A DNA stretch of 64,000 bases from a virus. Shown here piece after piece: positions 46,669-55,971 of this stretch (position 1 is the first letter of the stretch; every line of letters begins with the position of its first letter). The stretch is from IMG/VR virus record IMGVR_UViG_3300042924_005659; one strand, written 5' to 3'. Made by a program: the position numbers and the translations under genes. A model generated the notes under the pieces. That model worked only from the letters and a program-made list of their open reading frames with translations. It did no database searches and was not told the DNA's origin.

Positions 46669-48635
46669 GGAGAGGTCTCCTCGGCAGGCTGCATGTTTTT
46701 GTACACTTCGCTCATTATTGGTTGTAGCTCAGCTAGCGTCTCCGTAAACGGAACCTGCCCAGAAGACGGATTTTGCTGAGCGGCGCTCAAGCGACGAGCC
46801 CCTTCGAGCAACTCCTGATATCCGCTAGGAGCTTGACCTGTTTGCCGGTAGCTGTCATGCATCGCAGACAACATCACGTTAAGGTTGGCCAGCTGAGCAG
46901 TAGCTCCAACTACCGCTTCCGGATTACCTCCGACCAAGCTTGCGACTGGAGACTGCATAAGGTGACGGCCTAGTGGAGAGGACTCTACTTGTGAAGGATC
47001 TTGCTGCAGAGCACTCAAAGCATCGTACAGCCTAGGATCCTGCATAGCTGCCCCAGGAAGGTTCAACATTCCGCCAGTCAGTTCGGGGGCCAGGCTGCCC
47101 ATTCGGAACGTAAGGCTCTGCTGCATTTTCTGTCTAGCCTCAGGAGAAGCTTTTGCTAAAGCCTCTTGAACGTTTGGATCCTGCATCGGGTCCTTGCCTG
47201 TCGCAAACGCCTCTGCAAATGGAGCCCAGGCAGTTCCTGCCGCTATTTCGTCCTGGTTTAAGTCCTCTGAGTAACTGCGAGCACCTAAAGCTCGGAAGGG
47301 ATTAAATGAAGTGCCTTCCGCAAGTCCAGACACGTAAGAGTATGAAGGATTGGCGGAGTTAAACGCATCTGTAACTTCAGTTCTTATTTGATTCAAAGCC
47401 GCGGGATTCTCTTGCACTAAAGCTTGATCCTCAGGAGACAAAGAAGCTACCCGATTAGCTACAGCCTGATCTATAGCTGCAGAACCTTGCTGAGCCAATC
47501 CGGGCATAAAGGCACTCGCCCCTATTCCGTATGGGTTTAGCGAAGTAGGATCAAATGAAAAGCCTCCTGCAGCAAGGGACTCGGCAAAACGTCTAGCAGA
47601 GGCAGGAGTGCCCGCTAGCTCTGGATTAACTTGATTGAAAGACTGCACATCTCTTATAGCATTGGCGTAGTTTCTTGCTGCTCCTTGAGTAGCCAGGTGT
47701 GCTCCTAATTGACTAAACGGCAACGCCCAACTAGATCCAGCAGTAGCGGCGCCAGTTAGCAAGGGAACCGGATTTATTCCAGATACGGCATAATTTAAAC
47801 TTGATGGAACCGACCTACCTGCAAATCTAACAACAGGACTTGCAGCAGTCTGCATTACCGGCTGAAATCCTTGACTCAAAGCTTGGCCGGTTGCTCTAAG
47901 AGCACTGGGCGCTACGCTCTTAGCGCCTTGTACTCCAGCCTGGCCAGTTGCTCTAAGAGCACTGGGCGCTACGCTCTTAGCGCCTTGTACTCCAGCCTGA
48001 GCAGCAGCGCTTCCTCCTGCCGTTCCAGCCATCATCAAAAAACTTGGAGCAGCCTCAAGCGCGTAGCTGGAATAATCCAAAAGAGGATCGTTGTACTGCA
48101 GCTCAAAATTTCCACCCCAACGATTTGCAACTCGCTTTCCAGCATCTGCAAGCATGCTGCCATACACGGCATCAGACTTAGCCTTATCGGCAGATGCCTG
48201 GTTGAATCCCTTCGTAGCGACGTCGTAGCCATACATAAACGGAGCTGTAGGCATGACAGGAGATCTAGCCAGGTCTCCAATAAAGGCTCCTGTTGCACTA
48301 GGACTTGGAGCAACAGCGTTAGGGTTTACTGGAGCAGCACCTCTAGCTTGTGCCTCGTAAAGTCTAAATCGATTTCTTAAATCAATCTGCTCCTGAGACA
48401 TCCCTGTTCGTTCAGAGCCTTTATAACCCCAACCTTTAGTGCTGTAAGTGTAATCCCCGTAAGGAAAAGCACGAGCATACTCAGACTCCAAAGCCTTACC
48501 TTGAGCGGCAAGCTGAGGATCTATATTAGGCCGGTTGTAATAACCAGGCGGCTGAAACGCCTTGCCTGCGGTCTCCGTAGCGGAGGTGTACCCAGGAGCC
48601 TGAGCTTTCTTTATGTAGGAACTGTACGGAGTCAT
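46665..48635 (-). CDS. Ala/Gly/Gln-rich putative internal virion (ejection) protein
   Basis: 656 aa; N-terminus MTPYSSYIKKAQ; internal 19-aa tandem repeat. Confidence 0.6.
   Translation of the reverse strand: MTPYSSYIKKAQAPGYTSATETAGKAFQPPGYYNRPNIDPQLAAQGKALESEYARAFPYGDYTYSTKGWGYKGSERTGMSQEQIDLRNRFRLYEAQARGAAPVNPNAVAPSPSATGAFIGDLARSPVMPTAPFMYGYDVATKGFNQASADKAKSDAVYGSMLADAGKRVANRWGGNFELQYNDPLLDYSSYALEAAPSFLMMAGTAGGSAAAQAGVQGAKSVAPSALRATGQAGVQGAKSVAPSALRATGQALSQGFQPVMQTAASPVVRFAGRSVPSSLNYAVSGINPVPLLTGAATAGSSWALPFSQLGAHLATQGAARNYANAIRDVQSFNQVNPELAGTPASARRFAESLAAGGFSFDPTSLNPYGIGASAFMPGLAQQGSAAIDQAVANRVASLSPEDQALVQENPAALNQIRTEVTDAFNSANPSYSYVSGLAEGTSFNPFRALGARSYSEDLNQDEIAAGTAWAPFAEAFATGKDPMQDPNVQEALAKASPEARQKMQQSLTFRMGSLAPELTGGMLNLPGAAMQDPRLYDALSALQQDPSQVESSPLGRHLMQSPVASLVGGNPEAVVGATAQLANLNVMLSAMHDSYRQTGQAPSGYQELLEGARRLSAAQQNPSSGQVPFTETLAELQPIMSEVYKNMQPAEETSP
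47884..47997. repeat. 57-bp in-frame tandem duplication
   Basis: Two near-identical copies starting 47884 and 47941, encoding GQAGVQGAKSVAPSALRAT. Confidence 0.9.
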
Positions 48636-49060
48636 GCTAATGCAGTGCTTCCAGGTACTTTAGGTTCTATTTGCGAAGAGCTATGGAATACTTCAGAGTC
48701 AGGCAAAAGAGACTTGTAGTCCTGCGTGGACTTGTTTATATCTGGAACATATTTATCAACAAGCGATTTAGACTCCGATTCAGGCACCACAGGCTGCTCA
48801 TATACAGTTACTAAGTTTGGAGCTACTTTTAGACCGTAGGAAACCAATCTTCTAATCAGGTCCGAGTTTGCGCTTTCCTTAACTACCGTAATCTCGACAA
48901 CTTTGTCTGCAACAGGAGCGCTGTGCTCCAGCTCTGGCTTATTCATTGATGCCAGCATGGACTCCAACTTATCTATTAACATACTTTCTGTGTCGGTAGC
49001 CGACATAGACTCACAGGCACAACAGGCGTATTTGACCAAGTAAGCTTTAAATAAGTTCAC
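48632..49060 (-). CDS. Hypothetical protein
   Basis: ORF track; first gene of the - strand operon. Confidence 0.55.
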   Translation of the reverse strand: MNLFKAYLVKYACCACESMSATDTESMLIDKLESMLASMNKPELEHSAPVADKVVEITVVKESANSDLIRRLVSYGLKVAPNLVTVYEQPVVPESESKSLVDKYVPDINKSTQDYKSLLPDSEVFHSSSQIEPKVPGSTALA

Positions 49061-49295
49061 AGATTGCTCCTGAGATCACTGCAAATTATAGCTAAAAAGA
49101 AAGTAGGATTCCAACAGTAAATGCCGTTTAAAAAAGTGTATCCACGTTGCGTATGTTTCTTGTTGCTGTATTCTAATTCTATATACAAGGAAATACTTAT
49201 TAGTGAAGAGGTTAGTAACTTTCGCAACGTGGAGGCACTTTTTTTGAAGGTTCTATGTCGACATTTGAAACAAGGTTTTGCTAAAATGCAGTTCC

Positions 49296-49721
49296 ATGAT
49301 TCCATACGCTCATTGTAAACAGGCGGCTCTATTTGAGGGAGCCAACTCCGACGGACTGCAAGGTCTTAGGGCATTAATTGGAGCTGGACTTGGCGGAGTA
49401 CTAGGAGCAGGTTTAGGTGCAGGTGGAGGGTTACTTAAAGAAACTTTCTTTACTCCTGCAGATCAAGCTCAGTATCTTCGCAGAGCTTTACAAGGTATGA
49501 GCCTTGGAGGTTTGGCAGGTGCGGGTATTGGAGCAGGAGTGGGTGCAAGCAATATAGGTAAGGGTGTACAAAATGCTTTAGAGGATTCTGCGGCTAGAGC
49601 CAACACTAAAATGTTGCAATATGTTGTTGACGCTCTTAATGCCGTTGAAGTAAAAGGCCTAAGTCCACTTGTAGGTACCCCTACGTTTGGGATTAAAGAA
49701 AAGGAAACGACTAATGAATAA
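49296..49721 (+). CDS. Glycine-zipper membrane protein
   Basis: Start re-assigned to MIPYAHCKQAA; GAGLGGVLGAGLGAGGG; GGLAGAGIGAGVG. Confidence 0.65.
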   Translation: MIPYAHCKQAALFEGANSDGLQGLRALIGAGLGGVLGAGLGAGGGLLKETFFTPADQAQYLRRALQGMSLGGLAGAGIGAGVGASNIGKGVQNALEDSAARANTKMLQYVVDALNAVEVKGLSPLVGTPTFGIKEKETTNE

Positions 49722-50469
49722 ATCCGCACAGTACAACCTACTTCGTTATTATCTAATGCAAAAGCTTGCTGCAGAATGTGACTGCGGTATGGATGAAGAA
49801 AGTTGCGACTGCGAGGAGTGCAGCAAAAAAGCCTTTCTAGGCTTATTTAGCAGCGATCCCAGTCCTAACGAAATCTCTATTCCTGACCCTTCTGATAGTG
49901 ACGATCCTGACGTTGAAGTAGAGAAGTCCCTTAAAAATTTAGGCTTTACCGATATTCAACGCCACATGTTTACTCCTTACGTGAATCCATTTACGGCGAA
50001 GGGCCCGGATGGAAAATACTACACGATAGATTTAGATGAAGATGAAAATGTTTGGAGGTCTAAATCTATCAGCGATATGTACGGAGTAGATTCTGTTGCA
50101 GATCTTCCCGATCCGTACAATAGATCTGAGCCTAGATTGGTGCGTTATGCAAGTAAAAAAGCAGATACTTCTTTATTGACTGCTAGTCTTTTAAAGTGGG
50201 CGGCCTCTTCTCCAGCCTGGCAGCGTTCCGAGGGTAAGAACCCGGAGGGTGGTCTCAACGCCAAGGGCAGAGCTAGCTACAACAAGGCTACTGGTGGCAA
50301 CCTGAAGCCTCCGGTGAGCGCTGAGGCTGCCGATAAGAGTCCAGCCAAGGCCAAGCGTCGTAGCAGCTTCTGTGCCCGTTCTGACGGCCAGCGTCGCATG
50401 CACAACATCGATTGCTCCAAGACTCCAGACAAGAGAATCTGCTTGGCCAGAAAGAAATGGGACTGCTGA
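49714..50469 (+). CDS. Putative virion protein with C-terminal DUF6321-like domain
   Basis: AWQRSEGKNPEGGLNAKGRASYN...RRSSFCAR...ARKKWDC, a widespread phage motif (family name from memory); start MNKSAQY. Confidence 0.55.
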   Translation: MNKSAQYNLLRYYLMQKLAAECDCGMDEESCDCEECSKKAFLGLFSSDPSPNEISIPDPSDSDDPDVEVEKSLKNLGFTDIQRHMFTPYVNPFTAKGPDGKYYTIDLDEDENVWRSKSISDMYGVDSVADLPDPYNRSEPRLVRYASKKADTSLLTASLLKWAASSPAWQRSEGKNPEGGLNAKGRASYNKATGGNLKPPVSAEAADKSPAKAKRRSSFCARSDGQRRMHNIDCSKTPDKRICLARKKWDC

Positions 50470-50538
50470 TAGTTTTAAAAATTTCAGCACTTGACAGCCA
50501 GCTCTTTGAAGCTGGCTGCTCTTTATAGGGGTTTACTC

Positions 50539-51588
50539 ATGGCTATATTAAAGACATATATTCCAACCGTACACGACATTCACACTTACGCCTATCCTGC
50601 TACTTTAAATCCCAGACTGGATGCAAGTCCGTTTGGCTTAAATTCAAAATGCCACGCTGCTCATATTCTGTGGAACGGCGTAAGCATACGTCCTAGAGCA
50701 TTCTGCAGAACGATAGGCACTGTATTTCAAACTGGTTGGACTGCCCCATACGAAGCAGAGAACATTAACTTCTGGAATACCTGCAATCCCACAGCTGTTT
50801 TGATATCCCCTAAGCATGCTTTGATATGCCAGCACTATAGAGGTACTCATGACAGACCCGAGGAGTACTACACCTTCTTAGGACGCTCAGGTACCTTCTA
50901 CACAGGCAGAGTCTCAAAGGCTTATTTAAACATAGGCCCAGACCATACTCTCATCGAGTTTCAAGAGCCGTTTATTACTGACGTCCCGTGCTATTCAAAA
51001 ATTGCCGATATAAAGTACATTCCAGCAGGCACTCCTCTTTGGATTCATGAGTGCAACGGCAAAGCTTACAAGATGCTTTTTGGTCAGGCTCAACTTAGCA
51101 CTGCCGGATCTGCAGTTCAGTACACGTACAATCCTAGCCTTGATCCGATTAACATCGGTATTACTGCAAACGGGTGGCCTGCTATATTTGGAGGAGACAG
51201 CGGATCGCCAACCTTTATTGACTACAACGGTACTACTATTTTTGTAGGTCTATTGCACGGCGGCATGCAGGTAAACGATGTAGAGCTAGCTGCTATAAAC
51301 GCAGTATTGCAGCCTCAAGGTTATTCCGTAGAGCATTTTAAAATTTCTGCTAAGCCTGCTGATTTAAATCAGGATGGATTAGTGGATGGCTCTGATCTTG
51401 CTCAGATCATTGGCGCCTGGGGCAATGGATCTGCCCTTGCTGATTTAAATAAAGATGGAGTGGTAGACTCTGCTGACCTATCCGAGTTGCTTGCGTCATG
51501 GGGAGCGTACGTCATGCAGACAAATTTCTTCAAACCTCCGACTACTGTTCAGCCTGACAACAGCACGAATACCAAACCTAAATCTTAA
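50539..51588 (+). CDS. Trypsin-like serine protease with C-terminal dockerin-like (duplicated EF-hand) domain
   Basis: AVLISPKHALICQHY (His), PDHTLIEF (Asp), GGDSGSP (Ser); PADLNQDGLVDGSDLAQIIGAWG...ADLNKDGVVDSADLSELLASWG at 51355-51504. Confidence 0.8.
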   Translation: MAILKTYIPTVHDIHTYAYPATLNPRLDASPFGLNSKCHAAHILWNGVSIRPRAFCRTIGTVFQTGWTAPYEAENINFWNTCNPTAVLISPKHALICQHYRGTHDRPEEYYTFLGRSGTFYTGRVSKAYLNIGPDHTLIEFQEPFITDVPCYSKIADIKYIPAGTPLWIHECNGKAYKMLFGQAQLSTAGSAVQYTYNPSLDPINIGITANGWPAIFGGDSGSPTFIDYNGTTIFVGLLHGGMQVNDVELAAINAVLQPQGYSVEHFKISAKPADLNQDGLVDGSDLAQIIGAWGNGSALADLNKDGVVDSADLSELLASWGAYVMQTNFFKPPTTVQPDNSTNTKPKS

Positions 51589-51770
51589 ACGTTCGCTTAC
51601 ATACACAACATGCCTATACTTTTTGAGGTACCGGGCTGTTGCACGACTTCTATGAACTGTTACAATGCTACTAGTCACCTTGAGTAAAGTAAGTGACTAA
51701 TTAGCTTATGTCGCGCTTGCATTAGGCAAGGCAGCAAGACTCAAGCAATTTAAATTAAATAGGAGGTTTT

Positions 51771-51968
51771 ATGGAAGTAAAACCAGGTACCAAAACTACT
51801 GAGTTTTGGGTGGCCTTGGCTCCGGTCCTTGCTGGACTGGTAGAGGGTGTACGTGGAGACCCCGTCAATAACCGCTATCTAATGGTATGCGGAACTGTAC
51901 TTGGCGCTTTATACATATGCAGCCGCACTGTCGTAAAGTATATTTCAAATAAATCGGAGTCAAAATGA
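51771..51968 (+). CDS. Small two-helix membrane protein, holin-like
   Basis: KPGTKTTEFW start, two hydrophobic segments, basic C-terminus; AGGAGG RBS. Confidence 0.5.
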   Translation: MEVKPGTKTTEFWVALAPVLAGLVEGVRGDPVNNRYLMVCGTVLGALYICSRTVVKYISNKSESK

Positions 51969-53215
51969 TTAGACTGTTTTCTTTACTGTTGGTTTTAGCT
52001 GTTTCTTTTTCTTCGTACGGACAGACTCTTACTGAAAACGCCAATGGCACATCTACTTTGTCTCAGGGTACGACGTCCTACGTAATAGATTCTGCCAAGA
52101 AGTTTAAAGTTACCCTGAGTAGTGATTACAGCAACGAGACTCAAGCTGGACTTAAGCGCAACGGAATTATTGCATATAGAGATGCTTTTATAGAAGTCTC
52201 AGTGCAGATGGCGGCTTTGCCATCTACTCCTACTGGTAGTGCTCCTTATCAAGTATGGAGATCTTCTGATATTTTGATCTCCTACGATGCACAAAAGTTA
52301 GAGTTTGTATCGTGGTCATCTGATCACTTTATGACTGATAAGTCCGTAATAGATGTGGCTAAGTCAGGTGCCTCTGAATGGATTCCTGGGCTAGTGCAAG
52401 TTCACGCACAGTGTCTAAAGGCTCCGGAATCTAGAATTCCTGCCTTACGACGTCAGCCCTTTCAATGGAATTTTGGAGGCTTTATCTGGAGAGAGCAGAA
52501 CAGCCGACAATTAGGCAGACTTAAATTTAAAGTAAAGGGTGATTTCTATTACCCCGAGTCTTTGGCTACTCACATCACTGCTGTAGCCCAGGCGCAATTG
52601 CCAGACGGCTCGTCTGTTAACTCCAAGATCGACGGAGGTATCAGTACAGGCAACAACGTAATTGGGCCAATTCAAAACGACGTCAATAAAATTGCGTTTG
52701 GGCCAAGCCCTGAATCAAAAGTAAATCTTACTCTTAAGGGTCCTGCTACTCCCGTCAAGGCAGGAGATGATTTTGCAGTTCAAATAATCACTACTCCGGA
52801 TTCCGCCCCTCAAGTAATTTGGAGCGTGTCCTCTATCTTCATTTGGGACTCTTCCAAACTTGCTTTATTAGGAATGGATAAGACGGGAGCCAAGGCGTCT
52901 ATCTTCTCTAAGTTCATGCCTGGGGGTTTAAACGAATCCGAGGTTCCTCAGGATGGAAACGCTCAGCATTTGTTTGGAGCTCAGCTTGGAGATAAACGCC
53001 CTATAGCAGGAGATACTTTGATTGTCACCCTAAGATTCAAGGCTCTGCAGGATTTTACAGACACTAAAATTGAGCTGGTGTCTAGATCTGATCCTAGGCT
53101 ATCAGGCGTATCTATTATCGACGAATGCGGAGTCATAGGTAGCGTAGTGGCCGGAAAGTCTGTTACCGGAACTTTGACTTCGGCTGTCATTCGCGGTGTA
53201 GCTGCCCAGCCATGA
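51965..53215 (+). CDS. Secreted protein with two cohesin-like beta-sandwich domains
   Basis: Signal peptide MIRLFSLLLVLAVSFSSYG; cohesin patterns IEVSVQM...DILISYDAQKLEFVS and PVKAGDDFAVQI...SIFIWDSSKLALLG...LIVTLRFKAL. Confidence 0.6.
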   Translation: MIRLFSLLLVLAVSFSSYGQTLTENANGTSTLSQGTTSYVIDSAKKFKVTLSSDYSNETQAGLKRNGIIAYRDAFIEVSVQMAALPSTPTGSAPYQVWRSSDILISYDAQKLEFVSWSSDHFMTDKSVIDVAKSGASEWIPGLVQVHAQCLKAPESRIPALRRQPFQWNFGGFIWREQNSRQLGRLKFKVKGDFYYPESLATHITAVAQAQLPDGSSVNSKIDGGISTGNNVIGPIQNDVNKIAFGPSPESKVNLTLKGPATPVKAGDDFAVQIITTPDSAPQVIWSVSSIFIWDSSKLALLGMDKTGAKASIFSKFMPGGLNESEVPQDGNAQHLFGAQLGDKRPIAGDTLIVTLRFKALQDFTDTKIELVSRSDPRLSGVSIIDECGVIGSVVAGKSVTGTLTSAVIRGVAAQP

Positions 53216-53601
53216 CTCCTTATCACTACAACGTACTTCAGGTCATGCGAGTAGTAGACGGAGATACTGTCGATATGCTGTTGGATCTGGGCTTCTCTAT
53301 TTCCATTAAACAAAGAGTAAGGTTGAAAGGAGTCGACGCTCCTGAGATACTTACTAAAGATGCGACCGAGCGCAAGATGGGCTACGAAGCCAAGGCATTT
53401 TTGGAAAGAAAGCTAATGCAGAATGGCAAACTTAAAGTAAGCACCTTCAAAGATGACAAGTATGGGCACCCTCTTGCCGTCATCTACATGGAAGGTGAGG
53501 AAGCCTCGATCAATCAGCAGATGCTTGAACTTGGCTACGTATGGGCCTATGACGGGGGCAGCAAGATAAAAGACCTGGAATCTCTAAGAAAACCCGAATA
53601 A
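53212..53601 (+). CDS. Thermonuclease (SNase-like) family nuclease
   Basis: RVVDGDTVD...RVRLKGVDAPE...DKYG..LA...INQQMLELGY. Confidence 0.85.
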   Translation: MTPYHYNVLQVMRVVDGDTVDMLLDLGFSISIKQRVRLKGVDAPEILTKDATERKMGYEAKAFLERKLMQNGKLKVSTFKDDKYGHPLAVIYMEGEEASINQQMLELGYVWAYDGGSKIKDLESLRKPE

Positions 53602-53617
53602 GGAATCTTAGATATCT

Positions 53618-53658
53618 AAAAAAAAGACAGGAGGGCGGGTGCGCCCTCCTGCTTTTTT
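53618..53658. terminator. Bidirectional Rho-independent terminator
   Basis: A-tract, CAGGAGGGCG-GGTG-CGCCCTCCTG, T-tract, between convergent genes. Confidence 0.85.
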
Positions 53659-53714
53659 AACCCCATACAAACCCGTTAAGAACATATGGGGTTAAGTCGG
53701 GGCGGGGTTGGTTG

Positions 53715-54290
53715 TTACTGGACAGTGATCAGGTCTCCGTCAACGACGACCTTCTTAGCATCGTCCAGGAGGCGGAGGGCCTGGCCGACTTGGTACGGGG
53801 TCAGCCGTTGCTTTGCAGCATGGCGTCGTAGATCTGTCCGGGCGATCTTCCCCTTGGCCGCATGGGCTTGGATCAGACCTAAAACAGCCTCGCTAACAGA
53901 GACCCGGGCGCTTGCACGCTTCTTATTGCTGGAGAGGACTCCCAGCAGCCGGAGCAGGTTGCCGACGGTGAGAGGAGATGTGCCGAGCTCTTCGGCTATA
54001 TCGACTGCTGTTTTGCCTGCCTTGTACTGAGCCTTGACCCAGTTCTTCTGAGCGGCGCTCCAGCGGTATGGCCGGTGTCGGGTGTTCAACTTTCCTGGAA
54101 AGTCACTAGCAGCCTTGGCAGTTGACTGCTTGGGCTTGTCGTCCACGTCCTTCAGCAAAGACCGCAGGCACAGACCTGCGGCTTTGCATCTTGCGGACAA
54201 AGACTCGATCTCATTTAGGATCGACCTCAATTCTTTAAAAGTCGTCATAACGGGTTCCTTATCTGCAGACGTTTTCGTCGCTGTAAGCAC
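53715..54290 (-). CDS. Helix-turn-helix domain protein
   Basis: WVKAQYKAGKTAVDIAEELGTSPLTVGNLLR. Confidence 0.55.
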   Translation of the reverse strand: MLTATKTSADKEPVMTTFKELRSILNEIESLSARCKAAGLCLRSLLKDVDDKPKQSTAKAASDFPGKLNTRHRPYRWSAAQKNWVKAQYKAGKTAVDIAEELGTSPLTVGNLLRLLGVLSSNKKRASARVSVSEAVLGLIQAHAAKGKIARTDLRRHAAKQRLTPYQVGQALRLLDDAKKVVVDGDLITVQ

Positions 54291-54388
54291 CTGCTTACAA
54301 CGCCGTGCCTCCTCGTCTGCCAGAAGGAGGACTATGAAAGAAGCCGACAGAGCTTTCGCCCTGCCGACTTCGGAAACAAATGCGCCGG

Positions 54389-54619
54389 TTACCTGCGCTC
54401 CAACAGCTTGAGCAGCAGGTCTTTTTCAATCTCAAGGCGTTCGATGCGCTTTCGAAGCCTGGCTATCTCCTCCCGAGAACGAGCGACTTCGTCGCTGTAC
54501 TCACGGAGGAGTGGGTTTATGGGACGTACAGGTTCTAGGTCCTGCTCTACCTCTATCTGCTTAGGCTGCACTGCTGCCTCCTTCAGATCGGTAATCGTGC
54601 CAGAACGGATCGTCTCCAT
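54389..54619 (-). CDS. Hypothetical coiled-coil protein
   Basis: ORF track. Confidence 0.5.
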   Translation of the reverse strand: METIRSGTITDLKEAAVQPKQIEVEQDLEPVRPINPLLREYSDEVARSREEIARLRKRIERLEIEKDLLLKLLERR

Positions 54620-54959
54620 TGAAGGGATCGTTCTCTCCCATCAAGTGCTTGGTTGACTCCGTGGGTGTGTTCGGAGTGTTCTCCGCATTGGGTTCCAACA
54701 GGCCCATAAGCCTCAGGAGATCCTCCTGGAAGATGATCGGCCTATAGCACTTCATCAGCATTGCGGTCCTCTTCTTGGCCTGCTCGTATGAGCATCTGTG
54801 AATTACGCCATCCACCACGATTGCCGAAGATGCCTGAGGATCCTTCGACAGTAGCGTCTTCAGCCCTGGTGTTCGAATTGCGCACGCCAGATCTGTATGG
54901 TGGACTAAACGCCATCCGCGAGGTCCATCGCCATGGTTGAGAGTTAGGCAGATGTACAT
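54561..54959 (-). CDS. Hypothetical protein
   Basis: ORF track. Confidence 0.45.
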   Translation of the reverse strand: MYICLTLNHGDGPRGWRLVHHTDLACAIRTPGLKTLLSKDPQASSAIVVDGVIHRCSYEQAKKRTAMLMKCYRPIIFQEDLLRLMGLLEPNAENTPNTPTESTKHLMGENDPFNGDDPFWHDYRSEGGSSAA

Positions 54960-55384
54960 TACTCTGCCTCCTTCAGCTTCGCCTGCACCTTGGCCCAGTA
55001 GGCCTTGGTGCTGCTCTTACGGTGACCCTTGGGGCCACCGTTATGGATACGGGCCATGTCCTCCCAGCTGGCTCCCTTGGGAGCATAGCGGGCCATGTAG
55101 GCCTTGATGACCTCTCTCGCGTAGGCAGGATCCTTGACTGCCTGGTAGCCTCTGGCCTTGAGATCCTGGCGGTGTTCCACCGCGTCGAGCCAGTAGCTAT
55201 GCCAGATCTGATAGGCTCCAAGGGCTTTGCCCTTGTCGCCAACCGCATTGTTGGGGTCCTTTTCGGACCCAGTCTCCACCTTCTGGATGGCGTCCAGGAA
55301 GGTGTCCCAGGTCTGAGCCTGGGCGGTGGTGGGAACGGCGAGGTACAGCATCATCGCCACGATGATTCCAATAACAGGCTTCAT
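54959..55384 (-). CDS. Secreted lysozyme-like / lytic transglycosylase-fold enzyme (i-type/destabilase-like)
   Basis: Signal peptide MKPVIGIIVAMMLYLAVPTTAQA; AIQKVET (catalytic Glu), GAYQIWHSYWLDA, ARIHNGGPKG. Confidence 0.75.
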   Translation of the reverse strand: MKPVIGIIVAMMLYLAVPTTAQAQTWDTFLDAIQKVETGSEKDPNNAVGDKGKALGAYQIWHSYWLDAVEHRQDLKARGYQAVKDPAYAREVIKAYMARYAPKGASWEDMARIHNGGPKGHRKSSTKAYWAKVQAKLKEAE

Positions 55385-55446
55385 TGCATTTGTTTCCTGT
55401 TGCTGATGAGAAGTCCTGTCGGAACGCCCGACAGGTAAAACCCGAA

Positions 55447-55692
55447 CTACTTCAAGTAGTCTGGGGAATATACGTACCATCCCGCGTCGGGGATCTGTTC
55501 ATCCCCAGGCGGAAACACTTCCGCATAGAACTGCAGTTTGGGACTTTCTCCCAAAAGCGGGTATCCGTCTCTCACTCCTAATCGGGGAGAGAGATGCCGT
55601 ACTCGCTGCAAATGCCTTTTCGCACCCCTTCCAGTGCGAAATAGCAAATTGATTCGTCCGTCGTCCTTGTCTTTGAATTGAACGCAATACAT
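55447..55692 (-). CDS. Hypothetical protein
   Basis: ORF track; preceded by AGGAAACAAAAAAC leader. Confidence 0.55.
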   Translation of the reverse strand: MYCVQFKDKDDGRINLLFRTGRGAKRHLQRVRHLSPRLGVRDGYPLLGESPKLQFYAEVFPPGDEQIPDAGWYVYSPDYLK

Positions 55693-55897
55693 GTTTTTTG
55701 TTTCCTGTTGCTGTTGAAAATCCTGTCGTAACGGTCGACAGGTAAAAACCCAAACTCCTTACCTCGCGGAGCCTGGGTCGAGGGGGAAAAGATGCGGTTT
55801 AATAAGCCTCCCGCTGGAGTTCAACACTCAACAGCGGGGGCCTTGGGGGTTCTGAAAAGACCCACAACCCCCACCGGGATTGCAGGCCGTAGATGTA

Positions 55898-55971
55898 TGG
55901 GCCGGGTGGGATTCGAACCCACGCCTTATCGATTATGAGTCGACGGCTCTAGACCGCTGAGCTACCAGCCC
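55898..55971 (-). tRNA. tRNA with CAT anticodon, most likely Ile2 (lysidine type)
   Basis: GGGCTGG/CCGGCCC-A acceptor; GTCGA-CTCATAA-TCGAT; paired 1-72 and no GGG/CCC initiator signature. Confidence 0.88.
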
